NCBI GenBank assembly: GCA_008369845.1
Contig: MRSU01007313.1
Span: 1 to 36,538, forward strand
DNA length: 36,538 bases
Source of the DNA: Trichomonas gallinae
Taxonomy: Eukaryota
Direction of reading: 5' to 3'
Numbering within the stretch: the first letter of the stretch is position 1; every line of letters begins with the position of its first letter. Positions 29,706 through 36,538 of the stretch are shown one piece after another. Below the pieces are notes generated by a model, which saw only the letters and a list, made by a program, of their open reading frames with translations, did no database searches and was not told the origin of the DNA. A program made the translations under genes and the position numbers.

Positions 29706-32700
29706 TTAAATTTCATCGGAGTCAGAAGCATTTGAGCTTCTTGTTGGAGGCCTCCTTGGTTTGCGAGCTAAGCCTCTCCTTGGGTCATTCTGCAAATCAG
29801 CGCCAACTACAACTTCGTCATCTCTTGGCTTCGGACTTTTTGGCTTCTCTCCATCAGCATCAGATTTTCTTGGCTTTTCATCACTTTTCTTTGGAGTCTT
29901 TGACTTTTCTTCGCCTTTCTTTGACTTCTTCGGGTTTTTGGGCTTCTCTCCATCAACACCAGATCTCTTTGGCTTCTTCCCATCACCATTTAAATCCGAT
30001 TTCCTTGATTTTTTATCATCATCATTAGTATCTGACTTCCTTGGTTCCCTATTGTCATTATTAACGTCTGACTTTCTTGGCTTCTTGTCATCATCATTCA
30101 CATCTGATTTCCTTAGTTTCTTGCCATCTGATTCTGATTTCTTTGGCTTTTTCTCTCCGTCGGATTTCTTCGGTTTTTCTTCTTCATCAGAATTATCATG
30201 TTTTTTGTATTTGTGGTGATGACTCTTCTTTGGCTTTGGTCCTGGGATATCGTCGATGTTGAGTCCACTTCCACTGTCTGAGTCTGACTTAATTTCGAGG
30301 GCTTCTTCTTCCTCTTCTTCGATAACCGGTGATGAACTAGAGCTCTCAGGAGCAGGCTGCGCGACAGGCTTCGGGTGGAGGAAGTCGGGGTCGGGCAGCT
30401 CGAAGTCGTCGACTTTCGACTCTCCTTCTTCGTAGATCCTTATCTTGAGGTTCTCTGTCTGGTACTTGAGCAATTCCTGGCCGATGTCGACGATCTCCTT
30501 CCTTCCGCCGTTCTCTATCGGCTCTCCCTGAGCTAGATATGGAAGAGTGACGCCCATGTCCTTGCAGACGCCGCAGTGTACAGCTTTTTCGATCCTAGTG
30601 AGCAGCTTGTGCATCGCAACTTTGATTTCGTCGACAACATCACCGAGTTCTTTAACTGCCTCAAACGGGACCATTGAAGGAAGTCCGTGATTATATCTGT
30701 GCTTGTTGATCTCTCTAGAGCACTGCTGGCGCATCTTCTTGACGATAGTCTTGGTCCTGAAGTACTCCTCTTGAGATGGAGAGTGTCTAGCGGCGGACAT
30801 CGCGTCGAAGATTGGAAACACGCAAAAATCTACTGATTCGATGTCGTAGATTTGCTTCAAGACGTAATTCATTGCTGGAAGAGAAACAGGCGCATTTCCA
30901 TCGATATACAGTGTCCTTAAGTTCCTGTTGTTTGTAATAATCTTGTGGATCTTCTGGAATCCGAGTTCTCCGAGATTATTTTCTGATAAATCCAAAACTT
31001 CAAGGTCAGTGTATTGCGATAAGTTGTCCAACACATCGTAGAGCTGCTGTGCTGGTCCTCCTCCGCGTGGAGAACCTCTGAAACGGAATTTTCTGAGATT
31101 CGGGAAATTATTGATATTGATTTTCCTTATTATTGGTCCTATTCCTTGCATAGAGCGCTCGAAGTTGTCTGAAATGTCAATTTCGCGGAGATTTGGCATC
31201 CTCCACAAAAATGAAATCAGAAAATCGAGCTCAATTGCCGATAAATTGTTGTCAGCCAATGAAATTGACGTCCAAACATTGAGATCTGAGTAAAGGAAGC
31301 CCGTAGCAACAATCATCAACTTTTCGCGATTCAAATTATTTCCGTTGAGCTTAATTGAGATGTCCTTGATTCTCTCGTACTTAGATAATTCGTAGACAAT
31401 GTCTTTAATGAGCCCAGGATCCATCATCGTGTAACTCAAATCGAGAATCTTGAGTGTTGTCGCTTGTTTGACGTAATGAAGCAGTGCTTCTGATGATTCT
31501 CTGTGCATCCTTGTTCCTTCGAATGATAATTCTACAATTGGCTGTGGATATCTTTCGAGTGTTTGCAAAATGTGAACGATTCCGTTGGTATCTCCACCAA
31601 TGCCGAGAGATGTAATGATTCTCTGGTTGTTTCTGTAGATTTTTTCCAAATGCGAGCAGAAAATGTCGCAATCTTCTGTAGATGAGTAGTTTCCGTTGAA
31701 ATAGAGGTACTTTATGTCTTGAAATGCATCATTCTGATCGATAGCTTCAAATAAAGTGCGCAATTTCGTAACATTGCATCTTCCGATATTGAAATAAAAG
31801 ATCGGCTCCCTGTGATTCTTCAAAGCCTGGAAGAGCGGCTCAAGGCCATCTGAAGTTAGGCTGTTGTGACTGAAATTGAAGTAAGAAATCGGCACTTTCG
31901 GATTTTTCGCCATTTCACGGCCGATGTCGTCGATACCCGAATCAATGCCGCAGCGGACGAGGTGTACAAACCTCAGTCCTTTGGATTTGGAGAACAGCGG
32001 AGCGATTCTGCGTGCTATATAAGGCATATTTCGTTTATGAACGATTATTCCGTGAACGTAGGGTACATAATAGAGCGCGAGAATTGCAGGAATGAGGTGC
32101 TGCTCTTCAAGTTCATGGGACAAGAGTCCAAAGTCGAAAACTCCGTCTTCATACTTAATTCTATCATGATAAAACTCTGCGATTTCGTGATTGTAGTCTA
32201 TTTCTAAGCGTGAGCAGAAGGCGTAGTATGTGTGCTGATACTGCTGTGAAGGGGACAAGAAATGCTGAAAAGGAGGAAATTCATCCGGTAATGCTGTAGC
32301 GAAGTCGCAGAGACGGTTTTGGTCAAAGGCACACGTAGATATGAGGTAATTTCTGCGCAGAATCTGTGCAAAAACAATGGCAGTGCTGCAGATGATTCTA
32401 CAGTTAACAATTGGATTTTTCTTGTTTAGCTGTGGTAAACGGCAAAAAAGAAGTACTTTATGCTTCTTTCGAATTCTGAGGGATGAAATATCGAAAATAT
32501 GGAAGATAACGGATAATTTTGGTTCCGCTGTAAGCGATTTCTTAATAAAAATGCCAACAAAATGTGGCGAGCATGCTATAATGCCATTAAACTCAACTTC
32601 CATGTTGTATCTAAGTATTGCTGGCCTCGCGTAAACCACATTTGCTTGTTGATCTTTCCTGAAGCGTTGTACGACGTATTCTCTGTCTTCTTTCGACAAT

Positions 32701-32792
32701 TCGCCGTCAGGGATGTTTGAGTCCGTGCCTTTATTATCGTATTCCGGGTAATAAATGTTTGATGGAATAAACTCTTTCGTTGCACGCGACAT
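29706..32792 (-). CDS. CARMIL-like leucine-rich-repeat protein with a Lys/Asp-rich repeat tail
   Basis: PH-like N-terminus (FHIFDISSLRI), a Y.AFC...IDYN linker, RI-type LRRs (FNFSHNSL, LDLSYT, ISLADNNL, IDISDNF, LDLSENNLG, LYIDGN), a helical region, then KKP(R/K)KSD repeats. The start is uncertain; in-frame ATGs lie at 32861, 32825, 32807 and 32792. Confidence 0.8.
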   Translation of the reverse strand: MSRATKEFIPSNIYYPEYDNKGTDSNIPDGELSKEDREYVVQRFRKDQQANVVYARPAILRYNMEVEFNGIIACSPHFVGIFIKKSLTAEPKLSVIFHIFDISSLRIRKKHKVLLFCRLPQLNKKNPIVNCRIICSTAIVFAQILRRNYLISTCAFDQNRLCDFATALPDEFPPFQHFLSPSQQYQHTYYAFCSRLEIDYNHEIAEFYHDRIKYEDGVFDFGLLSHELEEQHLIPAILALYYVPYVHGIIVHKRNMPYIARRIAPLFSKSKGLRFVHLVRCGIDSGIDDIGREMAKNPKVPISYFNFSHNSLTSDGLEPLFQALKNHREPIFYFNIGRCNVTKLRTLFEAIDQNDAFQDIKYLYFNGNYSSTEDCDIFCSHLEKIYRNNQRIITSLGIGGDTNGIVHILQTLERYPQPIVELSFEGTRMHRESSEALLHYVKQATTLKILDLSYTMMDPGLIKDIVYELSKYERIKDISIKLNGNNLNREKLMIVATGFLYSDLNVWTSISLADNNLSAIELDFLISFLWRMPNLREIDISDNFERSMQGIGPIIRKININNFPNLRKFRFRGSPRGGGPAQQLYDVLDNLSQYTDLEVLDLSENNLGELGFQKIHKIITNNRNLRTLYIDGNAPVSLPAMNYVLKQIYDIESVDFCVFPIFDAMSAARHSPSQEEYFRTKTIVKKMRQQCSREINKHRYNHGLPSMVPFEAVKELGDVVDEIKVAMHKLLTRIEKAVHCGVCKDMGVTLPYLAQGEPIENGGRKEIVDIGQELLKYQTENLKIRIYEEGESKVDDFELPDPDFLHPKPVAQPAPESSSSSPVIEEEEEEALEIKSDSDSGSGLNIDDIPGPKPKKSHHHKYKKHDNSDEEEKPKKSDGEKKPKKSESDGKKLRKSDVNDDDKKPRKSDVNNDNREPRKSDTNDDDKKSRKSDLNGDGKKPKRSGVDGEKPKNPKKSKKGEEKSKTPKKSDEKPRKSDADGEKPKSPKPRDDEVVVGADLQNDPRRGLARKPRRPPTRSSNASDSDEI
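29830..30180 (-). repeat. Coding tandem repeat (10-12 aa KKP(R/K)KSD...) in the LRR protein tail
   Basis: KKLRKSDVNDDD / KKPRKSDVNNDN / REPRKSDTNDDD / KKSRKSDLNGDG / KKPKRSGVDGE and similar units. Confidence 0.85.
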
Positions 32793-34335
32793 TGTCACCT
32801 TTTTCATATGTAACACTAAAAACATTGCTTTTTCAGAAAAACTAGATCGATAACCATGCATTTTTAATATTCATTTGTTATCAGCACATCAATACTCTTT
32901 ATATTACATCATTACAATCATGCAATGTAAAAAATATTTGATCACCAAAAATTTTAACGATAATGATATCAAAGCAATAAAGAATTAAATTATCATTCAT
33001 TCACATATTTTATATTAATCAGCAAAAATGACAATAATTATATTATTTTGAAAAATGAAAAATAATGGAAAAAATACCCTGTGATGCGTTGTGTTTTGGA
33101 GTTTTATCGATTTCTGATAATAAAAGTATGGTTAGATTTTTATATAATGTTATTACGAAAAAATCGAAAAATATTCATAGTTATATAGCTTTTAGCACAA
33201 TTGATTTAGGATATGTGTCTGTTTTGGATGATGATGAATATAGAAAATATCGTAATAATTAATAATCAAAATTTGAAAAAAAAATATTATATTAAAATAG
33301 CTTGTGCTCACGCTTAATTTTAATTAATTTTGTTTAGCATATTTGAATTATATGGTTTTTTCGTGTGTAATCCTCTTTATTATTTGGAAAAAATGTTATA
33401 ACAAAATGAACACTTAGCATTGAGATATTAGATATAGGATAACATGTATTTTCTAATCCAGTCGTACAAGCTAATATTTATCGTAGACAGAATATTTTGC
33501 AAAAAAAAATTGAATCCGGAATCATTAAAAACTAATTGGATTTCGTCTTATAAGTCCATATATTAAGCGGATGTAGAGGTTTGGGATCTTTTTAAAAACA
33601 ATATTATTTCCTGAATAGCAAATGTAAAATTCAACGTTGGAGAGTGAAAAATTTCTTTCATTTGGCCGGATATAGGAGCTTTTCGTGGTTTACACATATA
33701 ATTTTACATCGAAGTAAAGAATTAAAAAATGATGGGCAATTTGTGATGAAAATGCGAATATGGGTACTTTCAGATTAACGAATAAAACTATTTTAAACCA
33801 ACAAAAGCTAAGTCTTGACAATCAAAATTTTAATATTGTTGAATAAATGCTCTTTTAATGTAATAATAGCACCCCGTTGACATATATTATCATGTTTTAT
33901 TAATAATAACAATCCTCGGCTTACCTCCAAAAAAAAAAAATTCGAGTGTTTTCGTCACTTTTTATAATTTGATCAAAACATAAAAAAATTCAAAGAATTA
34001 GAGAACCTTAAAAATCAAAATCCTGATAATATGTTTTGTTACAGATTGTTATAGCAATAAAATATAACTTGATTGAAAAGTGGAAAAATGGAAAATTCGT
34101 ATCAATATCTTTATTACAGTCAATAACCAATTGTGAAAAAAATATTTTACATTTATCGGTTATATAAAATTGTGCATGAAACACGAAACATTCTTTTATT
34201 ATTCTTTTGTCCATTTTTTTAAGTATTTTTTTCTTTTCTTTACATTCGCAAAAAAACACAATAATATACAATCCTAGTATGTAAATCAATATTCGATGGC
34301 GATTTTTGAAAAGCTATCGATTATTTTTTTTCTAA

Positions 34336-35340
34336 ATGTCTACCCCACCTGAAGCCAATGTATCACTTTTACTTCAATACAGTTATTCATACATATCAGA
34401 CGTCCAAGTAGACGTCAGCCCGGAAAATGAAGAGCAATTAAGAAAGGTCTTGCACGATTTTATTACAGGTGAAGTTAGTTTCGACGCCGCGAGAGATTAT
34501 TACATGAAAACATTGCACTCGGATATACCAGTCCAGGTTGCTCACGATATTCTAAATGTCAGCGATACACCAATAGAACAGCCTGAAGATCAACCCGACT
34601 CCCTTGAGGAATCTTCTGGCAGGAAAAAAACGCGTACATGGACTTCATACGAAGACCAAAGATTGGTTGCAGGAATTTTCAGATTTGGTTTCGATAGTTG
34701 GATTAGAGTTGCTAACTTCGTTGGCGGTGGAAGGACGAGGGCTCAATGCGCTCAGAGGTGGACGCGTGGCTTAAATCCAAAAATCTGTAAGAAAGGCTGG
34801 ACTCCGGAAGAAGATTCGCAATTATTAAACTACGTGAGAATCTACGGAAACAAGTCTTGGGCAAAAATCGCTCATATTCTTGGTAATAGATCCGATGTAC
34901 AATGCAGATATCACTATTTGCAGCTCACTAACGAGATGAAGACTACGCCAGGATACCTTCCTCTTAGTAGATCAAACAGAGCTTATACAAACTCCGGCAT
35001 ATTGCCAGGTGGCTTATTAACCCCGCCAATGGCTGTTTCTAATATGACAATCTCATCACAAATTCAATTTCCAACGCATTTATTATCAGCACCGCATCTC
35101 CCGGACCTTCTCGGTGCACAACCGCAGCATTACGTGATGCAGCAAATACCACATCAGGCTGTACAACCACAGATGCAACAACCGCCAATACAACACTCTC
35201 CACCGCCATCACAAATGCAGCAGCAACCACCGTCACAGAGAACAGTTACACTTCAGCCAGTTCAATGTTGGGACTTTAATAAAAATCAACCTGGCTCACT
35301 TGATTCCTTCCTTAATCAGGTTTCAAATGGAAAGTACTAA
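34336..35340 (+). CDS. R2R3 Myb-like DNA-binding protein
   Basis: WTSYEDQRL...SWIRVANFVGGGRTRAQCAQRW and KKGWTPEEDSQLL...SWAKIAHILGNRSDVQCRYHY. Gln/Pro-rich C-terminal region. Confidence 0.95.
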   Translation: MSTPPEANVSLLLQYSYSYISDVQVDVSPENEEQLRKVLHDFITGEVSFDAARDYYMKTLHSDIPVQVAHDILNVSDTPIEQPEDQPDSLEESSGRKKTRTWTSYEDQRLVAGIFRFGFDSWIRVANFVGGGRTRAQCAQRWTRGLNPKICKKGWTPEEDSQLLNYVRIYGNKSWAKIAHILGNRSDVQCRYHYLQLTNEMKTTPGYLPLSRSNRAYTNSGILPGGLLTPPMAVSNMTISSQIQFPTHLLSAPHLPDLLGAQPQHYVMQQIPHQAVQPQMQQPPIQHSPPPSQMQQQPPSQRTVTLQPVQCWDFNKNQPGSLDSFLNQVSNGKY

Positions 35341-35497
35341 TTGTTATCCATTAAATTTGTTCAATGTTAGAAAAAAAAATATATTTTCTATTTTTTCAAA
35401 AAGTTTGACTTAGTTCATGGAAATTTCGCTTTAAATAAATCACTCTATACTGTATCCAACTGTTTTTCTTTTTCTTTTTTATTTTACAATAAAAAAA

Positions 35498-36511
35498 ATG
35501 TTTCTTGCTGATGATGCTGAAGAACTCTTCAGATTAACAACAGCGAGAATCAAAGAACCGCATCAGTCCAATGAGAAATCTAAGCGACCCATAAGGAAAG
35601 TTCACGTATTCCCTCATCATGAGGTAAAAAATCATTTTAATCCAGATGTAGACAAAGTTATTTGCAAAATGAACGAACAAGAAGTGATAAATCACGTAAA
35701 CATACGAACAGACGCCTTCAAAGATGAAAATAAAAGATTTTCTCAAAAAATAACGAGAATAAAGTGTGGAGTTCCACTAACTAAAATACTGAGAGAGGAA
35801 AGCCCCTGCTTCATCCCTGTTAATATCACGCAAAGATATTCGAATTTTTCAAAAAAATTATCAGAAATTCCAGAACATTATAATAACATCCTTTATAAGA
35901 TGCGTTCTGTTGATTTCGTTGAACATATCGTGAAGCAGGACCCAAAATCAGAAAATATTACACAAAATATTGATTGTTCGGAAAAATCAATAAATAAACT
36001 TCGAAAAATCATCAGCCTGTCAGATGAAATCACTCAAAGACTTCATAATGAGATGATAGACCATCTTAACCATACAAATGAGCGAAGAGAAAGAGCAATG
36101 AAAGTTTTTTACGAAGAATCTTATAAATTTGGCTTTAACAAAGCACGAGCGCGATACCAACGTGCATCACAGCGCAGCAGGCTGCGTGTCATGGGAAAAT
36201 TCCCTTGGTGGGAAGAATTCATTCAATTTGCATACAAGAAAAAAGTTGGACAAGATGAGAAGCATTTGATTGAAGATCTATCACGTGAAGAGATTCTCAA
36301 CTCGACCAGGTTCGCATCCATAATGCATGATGTTGAGAAAAACGTTGATTATCCAGAAAGATGCATTGAATTACTGAATTGGATAAACAAGAAGTGTAAA
36401 ATCATTGATGAGCATATTACAACACTTATTGATGATACCCCTACAGCTTTATCGCCATTTCGCACTAAGACTTTAACTCGAAGATTCAGCCCGACAAAAA
36501 CCATTCATTAG
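35498..36511 (+). CDS. Hypothetical basic, helical protein
   Basis: 337-aa ATG-started ORF with no domain I can recognise. Confidence 0.8.
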   Translation: MFLADDAEELFRLTTARIKEPHQSNEKSKRPIRKVHVFPHHEVKNHFNPDVDKVICKMNEQEVINHVNIRTDAFKDENKRFSQKITRIKCGVPLTKILREESPCFIPVNITQRYSNFSKKLSEIPEHYNNILYKMRSVDFVEHIVKQDPKSENITQNIDCSEKSINKLRKIISLSDEITQRLHNEMIDHLNHTNERRERAMKVFYEESYKFGFNKARARYQRASQRSRLRVMGKFPWWEEFIQFAYKKKVGQDEKHLIEDLSREEILNSTRFASIMHDVEKNVDYPERCIELLNWINKKCKIIDEHITTLIDDTPTALSPFRTKTLTRRFSPTKTIH

Positions 36512-36538
36512 ACACATTCCACTGATTGTCTTTGCTAT

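Noticed and set aside
29761..30219. 152-aa Phe/Ser/Gly repeat ORF on the + strand
   Set aside because: Antisense mirror of the Lys/Asp repeat tail of the LRR gene.
33065..34289. Short ORFs (65 and 93 aa) in the spacer between the LRR and Myb genes
   Set aside because: AT-rich, Ile/Phe/Lys-biased translations typical of non-coding DNA, with no recognisable motif.
1..36538. Maverick, mariner or Mutator transposon content expected in trichomonad genomes
   Set aside because: No integrase, transposase, DNA polymerase B or long terminal inverted repeats were recognised.

Overview
AT-rich, gene-dense eukaryotic DNA with no introns that I can see. Short TCA(T/C)T initiator elements just upstream of ATGs, stops running into TAAA, C-ending codon bias and the gene families present all point to a trichomonad, most likely Trichomonas vaginalis or a close relative (inference). 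About 17 likely genes: a GT61-like glycosyltransferase, two unknown single-pass membrane proteins, a LisH-like Tyr/Ser-repeat protein, a membrane-anchored DUF3447/ankyrin-like protein, a bacterial-type glucokinase homolog, a divergent VPS9-like protein, a membrane-anchored S28 peptidase homolog, a 2971-aa HECT E3 ligase, a flavodoxin-fold NAD(P)H:quinone/flavin reductase, a CARMIL-like LRR protein, an R2R3 Myb factor and several hypotheticals. No rRNA, tRNA, CRISPR or recognisable transposon was found. Two signals stand out. First, about 13 copies of an 11-bp motif (TTTACRTGDCA), all on the + strand, lie in phased intergenic clusters between 3.4 and 7.9 kb regardless of gene orientation. Second, there are two apparent pseudoenzymes: a glucokinase homolog that keeps its sugar-binding residues but lacks the ATP and catalytic motifs, and an S28 homolog lacking the catalytic Ser and His. 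All family calls come from motif recognition by eye; no searches were run.
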